The translations under genes and the position numbers were made by a program. The notes beneath the pieces were generated by a model that saw only the letters and a program-made list of their open reading frames with translations, was not told the origin of the DNA and ran no database searches. Shown here one piece after another: positions 1 through 13,140 of a stretch of 64,000 nt of DNA (position 1 is the stretch's first letter; each line of letters begins with the position of its first letter). This DNA is from Macrostomum lignano (lineage: Eukaryota): the NCBI GenBank assembly GCA_002269645.1, contig NIVC01000725.1:582269-646268 (forward strand), in the 5' to 3' direction.

Positions 1-192
1 TGAGGTAGTGGGCGGAGGTGGTGAGGTAGTGGGCGGAGATGCTGAGGTAGTGGGCGGAGATGCTGAGGTAGTGGGCGGAGGTGGTGAGGTAGTGGGCGGA
101 GATGCTGAGGTAGTGGGCGGAGATGCTGAGGTAGTGGGCGGAGATGCTGAGGTAGTGGGCGGAGATGATGAAGTAGTGGGCGGAGATGCTGA
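1..192. repeat. 21-bp minisatellite (TGAGGTAGTGGGCGGAGATGC), about 9 units, cut by the window edge
   Basis: Unit recurs at 1, 22, 43, 64, 85, 106, 127, 148 and 169. Confidence 0.95.
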
Positions 193-883
193 GAAAGGAA
201 AGGCTGAGTCATGGGCGGATTTTAAGTGCAGTAAAAATGAATATTTTGCATGAAGGCAGTGACAAACATTTTATCCATATTACATAAATGTTAAAATATT
301 GTAAGCATAATTATTATTACAAAGAGGCGATATGGCATTAAGAATTGGCAAAGCATTTGCTTAACAGCTTAGAAAAATTCAAATTAAAGCAGCAACGGAT
401 ATTACATACTCGTAGAATATTTGAATTTCTTGAATATTGTTAAGAGTAAACTTTTAAATCGCAAAAATGACAAATTTACATGTACATTTAGGGTATATAT
501 TCTGAACTATATAAATTTTAATAAGCATCAGCATGCAGAGGAAAAATGATAATTGAAATGATTTGGAAACAAAATCATCTACTTTGTAATTTTAAATCTC
601 AAATAACGATTGCACAGGAACTTACATCTTGCATGTAATGTCACTTTGTATCAGTTTTAGCTTACGTGTTTGTTGGTTATCACAAAAATTATTGTATACA
701 CCGCGTTTTAAAGTGATAGGAATTGTCATGTCTCATAACTTAGAATGCAGCAGACTGCGGATGCATGTTATTGTGAAGTATATCTTGCTGGGTTTCGAGA
801 GAGTTCATTCGAGGTCATCTTCACAATCCTTTCTCCCTGAAAAAGAGCACAGCGTGAGGAAGAATGTAAGACATTACAGTTTG

Positions 884-1425
884 GAGAGGAGGCGCCACTG
901 AGGCATCGGGGAGGGGGAGGCGCCACTGAAGCATCGGGGAGGAGGAGGCGCCCACTGAAGCATCGGGAAGGGGAAGGCGCCACTGAAGCATCGGGGAGGA
1001 GGAGGCGCCCACTGAAGCATCGGGAAGGGGAAGGCGCCCACTGAAGCATCGGGGAGGAGGAGGCGCCACTGAAGCATCGGGGAGGAGGAGGCGCCCACTG
1101 AAGCATCGGGAAGGGGAAGGCGCCCACTGAAGCATCGGGGAGGAGGAGGCGCCACTGAAGCATCGGGGAGGAGGAGGCACCCACTAAAGCATCAGGGAGG
1201 AGGAGGCGCCCACTGAAGCATCGGGGAGGAGGAGGCGCCCACTGAAGCATCGGGAAGGGGGAGGCGCCCACTGAAGCATCGGGGAGAAGGAGGCGCCCAC
1301 TGAAGCATCGCGGAGGAGGAGGTGCCCACTGAAGCATCGGGGGGGGGGGAGGCGCCCACTGAAGCATCGGGGAGGAGGAGGCGCCCACTGAAGCATCGCG
1401 GAGGAGGAGGTGCCCACTGAAGCAT

Positions 1426-1469
<44 letters not shown>

Positions 1470-1565
1470 GGAGGCGGCCACTGAAGCATCGCGGAGGAGG
1501 CGCCCACTGAAGCATCGGGGAGGGGGAGGCGTCACTGAAGCATCGGGGAGGCACCCGCTGAAGCA
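884..1565. repeat. 26-28-bp G-rich minisatellite (GAGGAGGCGCCCACTGAAGCATCGGG) with a poly-G run of about 40 nt
   Basis: About 24 tandem units; G run at about 1427-1468; explains the overlapping Pro-rich ORFs. Confidence 0.95.
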
Positions 1566-1599
1566 TCAGGGAGCCGCTGGCACAGAACGGGCGGGTCAC

Positions 1600-4500
1600 C
1601 TGGCAAACAGCTCCTTGAGCTCCTGCTCAGAGCACAGCTGTCCCAGGTTGGTGAAGAACAGAGCCTGCGGTTGCATCCCCTGTGCAGCGGCGGCGGCGGC
1701 TACGGCGGCGGCCGACACCGGCGTGTGAAAGCCGCCACCAGCACCGCTGACGCCACCTCCGCCCCCTGCGCCGCCGCTCACGTGACCTCCGTGGCCGCCG
1801 CCAGCGCCGCCGCCAGCTGATGAAGCGGCAGCTGCGGCGGCTGCGGCGGCAGCGGCGGCGGCTGCTGCAGCAAACTGGTTGCCACCGTGCTGCGCCGAAC
1901 CCAGCATGGCCGGCATGAATGCCTGCTGGCATGAGGGCGGGGTTGCGGGGCTGGAGCTAGAGGGTTGCTTTCGCATGGGGGTCAATGACCCCTCTCTATG
2001 TCAAAATGTTTTGAAAAAATTATTGGCGAAGTAACTGACATTTTTATAAAAGCTAATGCTAGGGGTGGTCACTTGACCCCATTCTATGACAGCTACTATG
2101 AGGGGTGGTCACTTGACCCCATTCTATGACAGCTACTATGAGGGGTGGTCACTTGACCTCATTCTATGACAGCTGCTATGAGGGGTGGTCACTTGACCTC
2201 ATTCTATGACAGCTGCTATGAGGGGTGGTCACTTGACCTCATTCTATGACAGCTACTATGAGGGGTGGTCACTTGACCTCATTCTATGACAGCTACTATG
2301 AGGGGTGGTCACTTGACCCCATTCTATGACAGCTGCTGAGAGGGGTGGTCACTTGATCTCATTCCATGACAGCTGCTGAGAAGGGTGGTCACTTGACCCC
2401 ATTCTATGACAGCTGCTGAGAGGGGTGGTCACTTGATCTCATTCCATGACAGCTGCTGAGAGGGGTGGTCACTTGACCTCATTCTATGACCGCTGCTGAG
2501 AGGGGTGGTCACTTGACCTCATTCTATGACCGCTGCTGAGAGGGGTGGTCACTTGACCTCATTCTACGACAGCTGCTGAGAGGGGTGGTCAATTGACCTC
2601 ATTCTATGACAGCTGCTGAGAGGGGTGGTCAATTGACCTCATTCTATGACCGCTGCTGAGAGGGGTGGTCACTTGACCCCATTCTATGACAGCTGCTGAG
2701 AGGGGTGGTCAATTGACCTCATTCTATGACAGCTGCTGAGAGGGGTGGTCAATTGACCTCGTTTCTAGAAAAGGTACCTTCGGTAGAGAGTGGTCATACT
2801 GACCCCTTTTGTAATAAAGCTAAAAGCTACATTTATGTTCCCTTATCTAGGAAAGCTACAGAGGCGATGGTGTGGTCACTGACCCCCTTTCAACGAAAGC
2901 TACATTTACTGCAAGGGGAGGTCACAGAAAATTTTAATTATCAAAATCGAAGCGGAGAATTTTGTCCTCCATACAACAGAGAATCTGTTCTCACAGCTCT
3001 CATGGGCATCTGCGACATCGGGGGCAGCGGCGCCGACGGAAAGATTGCCGCTGGGCCGGCGGCCGCAGCAGCGGCGGCCAAATCCGCGTAGGAAAAGGCC
3101 GGATATCCCGGCCAGGCCTCAGAGCCCGGCATGATGGCAGCCAGCTCGTCTGTGGGTTAAAAATTACAGTTTTTTACGTTCGTGTCTGCATTAGCCTACT
3201 TGTTTGAACGAGTAGAAAGCAAGATTTTTAAAAAGAATAATTAGAGAGAAAAATTGATCAGCTGCGACGATATTTAGTGTAAGTCGTATTTTAACAAAGC
3301 GAACTTTGACCACTGAGTAAATGCTTCTTCATTCTCATTCGCCTTGGCCTACTTATTAGTAGAAAGTAGGATTTTTAGTTAAAAAATTTAATAGCCGATA
3401 TGTTGCGTAAATTGTTTTTTAAAGCTGAAATTTATATCACAGGCTGAAGTCTAATTATATATGTTTCAAATATGTTCAACCGTATCAAAACTTACGGCCA
3501 GACATGGGCAGCATAGCCTGGTGGTGACCGCCGACTCCTTGGCCCAGCTTCGGCTTGGCCACTTTGGTGTTGGTCTTGGCGAACTCCAGGCGCAGAGTCT
3601 GCGGCAGCTCCATATCAAATTTTACGCCCTGATAGAATTTTGAAGGCCGAAGAATTAAATTTTGTTTTATTGCTCGGGAGATGAAAATTAACTATAAATT
3701 TAAATAGTCAAAACTGCAATGCATATGGAGATGAAAAGGCATTACATTAAACTTTCCCAAAGTTTGATGATAAGCTAGCCAGTTTCTAAAATCCTTCTCA
3801 AATTTTTCACAAATTGGCACCAACTGACACAAATTGGCACCAACTGACACAAATTGGCATTAACTGACACAAATTGGCACCAACTGACACAAATTGGCAC
3901 CAACTGACACAAATTGGCACCAACTGACACAAATTGGCATTAACTGACACAAATTGGCACCAACTGACACAAATTGGCACCAACTGACACAAATTGGCAC
4001 CAACTGACACAAATTGGCATTAACTGACACAAATTGGCATTAACTGACACAAATTGGCACCAACTGACACACATTGGCACCAACTGACACAATTGGCATT
4101 AACTGACACAAATTGGCACCAACTGACACAAATTGGCATTAACTGACACAAATTGGCACCAACTGACACAAATTGGCATTAACTAACACAAATTGGCCCC
4201 AACTGACACAAATTGGCACCAACTGACACAAATTGGCACCAACTGACACAAATTGGCACCAACTGACACAAATTGGCACCAACTGACACAAATTGGCACC
4301 AACTGACACAAATTAGCATTAACTGACACAAATTGGCACCAACTGACACAATTGGCATTAACTGACACAAATTGGCACCAACTGACACAAATTGGCACCA
4401 ACTGACACAAATTGGCACCAACTGACACAAATTGGTGGCACCAACTGACACAAATTGGCACCAACTGACACAAATTGGCACCAACTGACACAAATTGGTG

Positions 4501-6192
4501 GCACCAACTGACACAAATTGGCACCAACTGACACAAATTGGCACCAACTGACACAAATTGGTACCAACTGACACAAATTGGCACCAACTGACACAAATTG
4601 GCATTAACTGACACAAATTGGCACCAACTGACACAAATTGGCACCAACTGACACAAATTGGCACCAACTGACACAATTGGCATTAACTGACACAAATTGG
4701 CACCAACTGACACAAATTGGCACCAACTGACACAAATTGGCACCAACTGACACAAATTGGTACCACCTAGCTGACACAAACTGATACACAATTTCAGTTA
4801 CCTGCAATTCCTGTTTTGCAACCTCAGCGTCCACCCGACTCTTGAAAGTGACAAAACCGACTGGCTGGAAAAAATTGAATGATTATTTTACAAAACTATA
4901 ACAAAAAGCTACATGAAATGTACATACATATGCATCCCATGCACAGATTACTCACACACATGAGTTTGCCCAATTTTTGAGCAAAACTTTTCAACTGAGC
5001 ATTTTCAAAGCCCTGAAATTTTATGGATAGATTTTTGGAGAAAAATTGCATTGGAACCGTATAATGTATAATATTTGAAATTCGGTGACTCACATTGAAA
5101 GCTCGAAACAACAGGTACAGCTCTCGAGGCTTCGTGTCCATTGGCAGCCCGCTGACGAACAGGGTTCGCACCTGATATTTAAAAGCAACAATTATAGAAA
5201 TTTACCAATTTCTGTTTTAATGAATTAACTTTGCTAGAAGCAAGAAGTGTTCTGCCAATGCTACTTAAAAGTAGGATGACCGGTTTCAGAGATTCGTAAT
5301 CGTAGTTTTAATCTGCAAGGAAAAATCTAATTTAAGAAGCAACAATTTACAAACAAATTTACAGACTCATAAAACCTAACTTACTTAGCTTAACCTAAAT
5401 GTAATTTCATAAACCAAGTGATCGGGATCAAGAACTGTCTAATTTATATAGTTGCGTCTGCTATGAGTGTGGTTTATTGAACTCCTTTCTAGGAATGCAT
5501 TTCCAAGAATCGATGTTCAACACTAACATTTCAAGTTATTCAAATTTTAAACCAAAATTTTCAATAAAATGATTATATTGGATTTGTTTAATATGGAGTC
5601 TTCAAATTAATTTTAGAAATCCGCCCAACAATATGCCGATATAACATTCGCATTTTTACCAAGCATTCATCCTGAGAAATAGAACAAAGCCGCAACTATA
5701 TTATTAAGACAATTACTAATTTAGTAATTACTTGTAAATTTGAATTTCTTGTTAGTAATTTGTAAATTTTTGACAGAGAAACGGTGAGAAAAATAATGTA
5801 CGAATACGCGACAGTCTTCCCTAAATATAGTTATTATCGGTACAATTGTTTGTTAATTTGAATCAAACTCAAATTAGCGCCAAAATTATTTGCGTTATGA
5901 AAACTCAAAGTTTAAAAACAACTAAAACAACTTATCGATTCAACTTCAAGACAGAATTTTAATGTTTCTACTTTTTCGTTTGATAAACTTTTTGGCGCGG
6001 ATTTAAATTAGATAGAAATTCAACAAATTAAAGAAGACTGCCGAGTACATGTCAGCTCGTGATTAAATGAATTTTTTGACTCTCAATCCGTCTCACCTCG
6101 TCGTCCACACAGGCATTGACGCTATCCATGCTCTGGCTAAGCGCCATGCTGGTCTCGCTGTTTAGTGCACCGGGTGACACCATGTCTCTCAT
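1600..6192 (-). CDS. cpo: RNA-binding protein of the couch potato / RBPMS / MEC-8 family (RRM1 complete, start of RRM2), multi-exon, probably 3'-partial
   Basis: Exons with GT-AG ends: 6192/6183-6097 (..[18 protein letters not shown]), 5171-5094 ([26 protein letters not shown]), 5012-4956, 4864-4802 ([21 protein letters not shown]), 3628-3496 ([27 protein letters not shown]..), 3149-2995 ([16 protein letters not shown]..), about 1967-1600 (poly-Ala/Gly, then [22 protein letters not shown]). These motifs match cpo/RBPMS as I recall them. The junction between the last two exons is uncertain. Confidence 0.92.
2063..2762. repeat. 40-bp intronic minisatellite (GGGGTGGTCACTTGACCCCATTCTATGACAGCTGCTGAGA), about 17 units
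   Basis: Direct reading; each unit holds a GGTCA-NN-TGACC palindrome. Confidence 0.95.
3808..4785. repeat. 20-bp intronic minisatellite (ACAAATTGGCACCAACTGAC), about 48 units
   Basis: Direct reading; source of the [10 protein letters not shown] pseudo-ORFs. Confidence 0.95.
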
Positions 6193-7002
6193 TCAATTAT
6201 GCTTTCTTAGTTGAATTGCTAGGATTCTGTGTGGCGGTACGTGATATTGTGGCGGCTGTTAGTGCGTGAGCGCGGATTCATCGTAAATTGATTGGAATTT
6301 TATAGTGAAATTGAAGCTGCAGGTTTAACGCGTACAGTAAAAATCGTCATTTTGTAATTGATTACGTTCCAAATAAATGCTTGCAGGCATGTAATAGCAA
6401 AATGCATCATGGATGAAGGATGTACAATTGATGTCTTGTTTGGCTTAATAGACAGAGTATTTGACACCTACATGTATTTTAAAACCATGTATTCGATGGA
6501 GCCCCTGGGTGTTTTAGATTCACTTCCTTCATCCATGAGAGCAAGTGCTACATGAAGTAACAGTGTAGTGAACCAATCAGTCAGTCATTAATATGAAACA
6601 GTAGTAGTTTTAATTTATTGAACAAATCCAAATTGTAATGTATGGGGGCAGACAATGGGCCGTGATTGATCTGAATTTGTCATTTTGTCAATATGGCAAA
6701 GTAAAGCATGAGCTGCACATTTTGTTTTAGTATAATTGCATGTAACGAACATGAGCATTTACATTAGCTAGGTAATTGCGTGAATTGAATTGTGATTCAG
6801 AATCGATTTTATTACTAAACCGTAACCAATCAGGAAGAGCCCCACTGTACAATACACGATAGCATATCATGATGTGTAACACTGTTCTCAACTCTATTCG
6901 GGTCGTTCTGCGTTCAATCTTTCAGAATCACTTGGTCAAAGACAGCTGTATAATAAAATTTTATAAAACTTCCTCCTAAATTCCTGTCTTCGATCCTGCT
7001 TC

Positions 7003-10000
7003 CCTGGTGCTAAAGCCCCTGGTGCTAAATCCCCTGATGCTAAATCCCCTGGTGCTAAATCCCCTGTTGCTAAATCCCCTGGTGCTAAATCCCCTGGTGC
7101 TAAAGCCCCTGGTGCTAAATCCCCTGATGCTAAATCCCCTGGTGCTAAATCCCCTGTTGCTAAATCCCCTGGTGCTAAATCCCCTGGTGCTAAAGCCCCT
7201 GGTGCTAAATCCCCTGGTGCTAAATCCTTTGGTCCTAAATCCCCTGATGCTAAATCCCCTGGTGCTAAATCCCCTGGTGCTAAATCCTTTGGTGCTAAAG
7301 CCCCTGGTGCTAAATCCCCTGGTGCTAAATCCCCTGGTGCTAAATCCCCTGGTGCTAAATCCCCTGGTGCTAAATCCCCTGGTGCTAAAGCCCCTGGTGC
7401 TAAATCCCCTGGTGCTAAATCCCCTGGTGCTAAAGCCCCTGGTGCTAAATCCTTTGGTGCTAAATCTCCTGGTGCTAAATCCCCTGGTGCTAAATCCTCT
7501 GGTGCTAAAGCCACTGGTGCTAAAGCCACTGGTGCTAAATCTCCTGGTGCTAAAGCCCCTGGTGCTAAATCCGCTGGTGCTAAATCTCCTGGTGCTAAAG
7601 CCACTGGTGCTAAATCTCCTGGTGCTAAAGCCTCTGGTGCTAAATCCGCTGGTGCTAAATCTCCTGGTGCTAAAGCCACTGGTGCTAAATCTCCTGGTGC
7701 TAAAGCCCCTGGTGCTAAATCCGCTGGTGCTAAATCTCCTGGTGCTAAAGCCCCTGGTGCTAAATCCGCTGGTGCTAAATCTCCTGGTGCTAAAGCCACT
7801 GGTGCTAAATCTCCTGGTGCTAAAGCCCCTGGTGCTAAATCCGCTGGTGCTAAATCTCCTGGTGCTAAAGACCCTAATGCTAAATCCTTTGGTGCTAAAT
7901 CCGCTGGTGCTAAATCTCCTGGTGCTAAAGCCACTGGTGCTAAATCTCCTGGTGCTAAATCCCCTGGTGCTAAAGCCCCTGGTGCTAAATCCCCTGATGC
8001 TAAATCCCCTGGTGCTAAATCCCCTGTTGCTAAATCCCCTGGTGCTAAATCCCCTGGTGCTAAAGCCCCTGGTGCTAAATCCCCTGATGCTAAATCCCCT
8101 GGTGCTAAATCCCCTGGTGCTAAATCCCCTGTTGCTAAATCCCCTGGTGCTAAAGCCCCTGGTGCTAAATCCCCTGGTGCTAAATCCTTTGGTCCTAAAT
8201 CCCCTGATGCTAAATCCCCTGGTGCTAAATCCCCTGGTGCTAAATCCTTTGGTGCTAAAGCCCCTGGTGCTAAATCCCCTGGTGCTAAATCCCCTGGTGC
8301 TAAATCCCCTGGTGCTAAATCCCCTGGTGCTAAATCCCCTGGTGCTAAAGCCCCTGGTGCTAAATCCCCTGGTGCTAAATCCCCTGGTGCTAAAGCCCCT
8401 GGTGCTAAATCCTTTGGTGCTAAATCTCCTGGTGCTAAATCCCCTGGTGCTAAATCCTCTGGTGCTAAAGCCACTGGTGCTAAAGCCACTGGTGCTAAAT
8501 CTCCTGGTGCTAAAGCCCCTGGTGCTAAATCCGCTGGTGCTAAATCTCCTGGTGCTAAAGCCACTGGTGCTAAATCTCCTGGTGCTAAAGCCCCTGGTGC
8601 TAAATCCGCTGGTGCTAAATCTCCTGGTGCTAAAGCCACTGGTGCTAAATCTCCTGGTGCTAAAGCCCCTGGTGCTAAATCCGCTGGTGCTAAATCTCCT
8701 GGTGCTAAAGCCCCTGGTGCTAAATCCGCTGGTGCTAAATCTCCTGGTGCTAAAGCCACTGGTGCTAAATCTCCTGGTGCTAAAGCCCCTGGTGCTAAAT
8801 CCGCTGGTGCTAAATCTCCTGGTGCTAAAGCCCCTAATGCTAAATCCTTTGGTGCTAAATCCGCTGGTGCTAAATCTCCTGGTGCTAAAGCCACTGGTGC
8901 TAAATCTCCTGGTGCTAAATCCCCTGGTGCTAAATCCCCTGGTGCTAAATCCCCTGGTGCTAAATCCCCTGGTGCTAAATCCCCTGGTGCTAAATCCCCT
9001 GGTGCTAAATCCCCTGGTGCTAAATCCCCTGGTGCTAAATCCTCTGGTGCTAAAGGCCCTGTGTGCTAAATCCCCTGGTGCTAAATCCCCTGGTGCTAAA
9101 GCCACTGGTGCTAAAGCCCCTGGTGCTAAAGCCCCTGGTGCTAAAGCCCCTGGTGCTAAAGCCCCTGGTGCTAAATCCCCTGGTGCTAAAGCCCCTGGTG
9201 CTAAATCCCCTGGTGCTAAAGCCCCTGGTGCTAAAGCCCCTGGTGCTAAATCCCCTGGTGCTAAAGCCCCTGGTGCTAAATCCGCTGGTGCTAAATCTCC
9301 TGGTGCTAAAGCCACTGGTGCTAAATCTCCTGGTGCTAAAGCCCCTGGTGCTAAAGCCCCTGGTGCTAAATCCGCTGGTGCTAAATCTCCTGGTGCTAAA
9401 GCCCCTAATGCTAAATCCTTTGGTGCTAAATCCGCTGGTGCTAAATCTCCTGGTGCTAAAGCCACTGGTGCTAAATCTCCTGGTGCTAAAGCCCCTGGTG
9501 CTAAATCCGCTGGTGCTAAATCTCCTGGTGCTAAAGCCACTGGTGCTAAATCTCCTGGTGCTAAAGCCCCTGGTGCTAAATCCGCTGGTGCTAAATCTCC
9601 TGGTGCTAAAGCCCCTGGTGCTAAATCCGCTGGTGCTAAATCTCCTGGTGCTAAAGCCACTGGTGCTAAATCTCCTGGTGCTAAAGCCCCTGGTGCTAAA
9701 TCCGCTGGTGCTAAATCTCCTGGTGCTAAAGCCCCTAATGCTAAATCCTTTGGTGCTAAATCCGCTGGTGCTAAATCTCCTGGTGCTAAAGCCACTGGTG
9801 CTAAATCTCCTGGTGCTAAATCCCCTGGTGCTAAATCCCCTGGTGCTAAATCCCCTGGTGCTAAATCCCCTGGTGCTAAATCCCCTGGTGCTAAATCCCC
9901 TGGTGCTAAATCCCCTGGTGCTAAATCCCCTCGTGCTAAATCCTCTGGTGCTAAAGGCCCTGTGTGCTAAATCCCCTGGTGCTAAATCCCCTGGTGCTAA

Positions 10001-10500
10001 AGCCACTGGTGCTAAAGCCCCTGGTGCTAAAGCCCCTGGTGCTAAAGCCCCTGGTGCTAAAGCCCCTGGTGCTAAATCCCCTGGTGCTAAAGCCCCTGGT
10101 GCTAAATCCCCTGGTGCTAAAGCCCCTGGTGCTAAATCCGCTGGTGCTAAATCCTCTGGTGCTAAAGCCCCTGGTGCTAAATCCCCTGGTGCTAAAGCCC
10201 CTGGTGCTAAAGCCCCTGGTGCTAAATCCCCTGGTGCTAAAGCCCCTGGTGCTAAATCCCCTGGTGCTAAAGCCCCTGGTGCTAAATCCCCTGGTGCTAA
10301 ATCCTCTGGTGCTAAAGCCCCTGGTGCTAAATCTCCTGGTGCTAAAGCCCCTGGTGCTAAAGCCCCTGGTGCTAAATCCGCTGGTGCTAAATCTCCTGGT
10401 GCTAAAGCCCCTAATGCTAAATCCTTTGGTGCTAAAGGCCCTGTGTGCTAAATCCGCTGGTGCTAAAGGCCCTGTGTGCTAAATCCCCTCTTGCTAAAAG
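7003..10500. repeat. 15-bp satellite (GGTGCTAAATCCCCT), about 230 units, with higher-order blocks
   Basis: Unit variants GCC/TCT/ACT/GCT. Lines 7021 and 7981, and 7201 and 8161, are identical (960-bp period). 16-bp units at about 9047, 9947, 10427 and 10458. Confidence 0.97.
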
Positions 10501-11464
10501 CCCCACAAACGAACCATTTAGAAATCAACGGCTGCCTACACAACCAAGTGATTCCGTCTCATCATTTATAATCGAACACAAAACAGCTAGGCTTTAAGGA
10601 GCGCCAATATCTTTCTTTCTCGAATGACTATGATAGAAAATACAATATTGAAACATTCGATAGTTACTCACCCCGCAGCTGCGACAATGGGCTCATTCAA
10701 GTTCTTATACTTCAGAGTGGCTCTGATCGAAACAGTAAACTTGGCTCAGAAAGAATTAAGTCTTATATACCGGTGACCAGATCAAGGGACGACCCCCCCC
10801 CGCAGCCACCGAGTGAGTGTTAAATGATTAATGAGAGCGCACAGCCAATGATGAGATGACCCTTGCTCATCAGTGACAGAAACAGAAAGACAGGCATTCA
10901 TTGCCCGCCCGTTGTGTCATACAGCAGCCTCCATGCTGTGTTTCGCAATTCTACCACCGCAGCGAAAGTGAATTATTTATTAGAAGTGACGATCCCCCTA
11001 CAAGCCGTGTTCTCAAGCAGTTGCCAATCTGCACTGCGGGGCACTCATTAATTGTGTAGTAAGATTGCCAGACCACACACACGCATGCGCGCTCTTGGAC
11101 ACAACTGGCAGAAGTAGGTAGGTAAGTAGCTAGAGACAACGCTGGAATACAAATTACCTTGCTGAAGTTGTGCGGCCTATAATAAAAAATAGCATTAATT
11201 ACAGGCGACCTACCACGACATCAAAAATTACATTTAAAAAGGTGGAAACCCTTAAAATCAACGTAGATTACCCCGAAGCTCTAATTGCAGTATAAAATTA
11301 ATAATTAATGAGCCATCTACATCAAAATAACTGTGAACTGGTGAATTCTACTGTGGTCTTGAGATCGCAATAAACTTGAAGAACTATAAATTATTAATGA
11401 GAATTGCATTAAAGTTTCCTGTGCTCAAAGATGAGGATAGAAAAACAGAGGTTTGTGATAAAGT

Positions 11465-12068
11465 GAGCGCTGGATGGAAGTGAGCACTCCTAAAAAGGGA
11501 GTAAGCACTCTGAAGATCACTCTTGATCTCCTCTTGAGAGTGAGCACTCTGAAGAAAAAGGACTGAGCACTCCTCTTGAGAGTGAGCACTCTGCAGAGAA
11601 TTGATTGAGCACTCCTCTTGAGAGTGAGCACTCTGAAGGAAGAGAGTGAGCAGTCTGAGGAAAGAGAGTGAGCACTCTGAAGGAAGAGAGTGAGCAGTCT
11701 GAGGAAAGAGAGTGAGCAGTCTGAGGAAAGAGAGTGAGCAATCTGAGGAAAGAGAGTGAGCAGTCTCAGGAAAGAGAGTGAGCAGTCTGAGGAAAGAGAG
11801 TGAGCAATCTGAGGAAAGAGAGTGAGCAGTCTGAGGAAAGAGAGTGAGCAATCTGAGGAAAGAGAGTGAGCAGTCTGAGGAAAGAGAGTGAGCAGTCTGA
11901 GGAAAGAGAGTGAGCAGTCTGAGGAAAGAGAGTGAGCAATCTGAGGAAAGAGAGTGAGCAGTCTGAGGAAAGAGAGTGAGCAATCTGAGGAAAGAGAGTG
12001 AGCAGTCTGAGGAAAGAGAGTGAGCAGTCTGAGGAAAAAGAGTGAGCAGTTTGAGGAAAGAGTGAGCT
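11465..12068. repeat. 22-bp minisatellite (GAGTGAGCAGTCTGAGGAAAGA) with degenerate left units
   Basis: Direct reading. Confidence 0.92.
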
Positions 12069-12729
12069 GTCTCCCTAAAATAGTTAAAAAAGAAATTAAA
12101 ACCACTTTTTTCAGAATGGAATATTTATGAGTAACTTAATTGGCAGCAGCAAAAATCAAAAAGATTTTATTTTCATTTCGCTCTCAAGTAATATTTAGTA
12201 TTATAACTATTTTTACTACTGTTATAGATATTATACAAACCTTCCATTAGCATAATAATGGCCACAGCTTACTGTGAGATACTATTAGCATTAAAAATAT
12301 TACTAAACGACAATTATGACTAAAACATCGCTGATACAGTACTTGTAAGTCAGTAGTAGCATTGGAAAATATCGTATCATGCAGTATGGCAACAAATCTA
12401 TTCTAGCTCTTAATAAGACTAATAACGAAAACTAATCATAAGCAATTTACTAAGACACACACCTACTACTGTATGAATGTCAGTAGTATATAGAAATTTA
12501 TCGACTAAGTTCAAAATGATGGAAGGAATAGGGGTGGCTGAACACTGATAAGTTTGAAATGGGAGTCAAGCTGGTTGCACAACTGGCACCAAAAATATAA
12601 ATCAACTGAGTCTGAGAATTTAAATCGCTGAGTCTACAGGCACCCAATCTAACCTCGAATTGCAAACGGATTCGTAAAAAATTACGCTATTTCAGCAACA
12701 ACAGCATTGGCAAAGATAAGAAGATAGAA

Positions 12730-12802
12730 TGGACAGACAGACACTAATTCGGACAGGCAGACAGATACTAAGACAGACAGACAGACAGACACTTAGACAG
12801 AC

Positions 12803-12847
<45 letters not shown>

Positions 12848-13026
12848 CTTAGACAGACAGACAGACAGATAGACAGACACTAAGACAGACAGACAGACAG
12901 ACACTTAGACAGACAGACAGACAGACAGACAGACACTTAGACAGACAGACAGACAGATAGACAGACACTAAGACAGACAGACAGACAGACAGACAGACAG
13001 GCAGACAGACAGATAGACAGACACTA

Positions 13027-13071
<45 letters not shown>

Positions 13072-13094
13072 CTTAGACAGACAGATAGACAGAC

Positions 13095-13139
<45 letters not shown>

Positions 13140-13140
13140 C
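12730..13140. repeat. (AGAC)n microsatellite with CACTAA/CACTTA interruptions
   Basis: Direct reading. Confidence 0.95.

Noticed and set aside
629-901. CSRLRMH resembling the continuation of cpo RRM2
   Set aside because: It is on the opposite strand from the gene with no further motif match; treated as coincidence.
768-1599. Proline-rich ORFs
   Set aside because: They come from the G-rich minisatellite and poly-G run.
2063-2762. CRISPR-like regular repeats with an internal palindrome (also 53388-54520)
   Set aside because: The units are contiguous with no unique spacers, there are no cas genes, and the context is a eukaryotic intron or UTR.
6936-10482. 650-990 aa ORFs (GAKSP/GDLAP/LVLNP repeats) resembling histone H1- or elastomer-like proteins
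   Set aside because: A stop-free 15-bp unit opens several frames on both strands. Variants show no synonymous bias, 16-bp units break the frame, and there is no credible start or splice context.
10665-10830. Possible non-coding first exon of cpo (GTGAGT donor on - near 10669)
   Set aside because: A donor-like hexamer alone is not enough evidence without transcript data.
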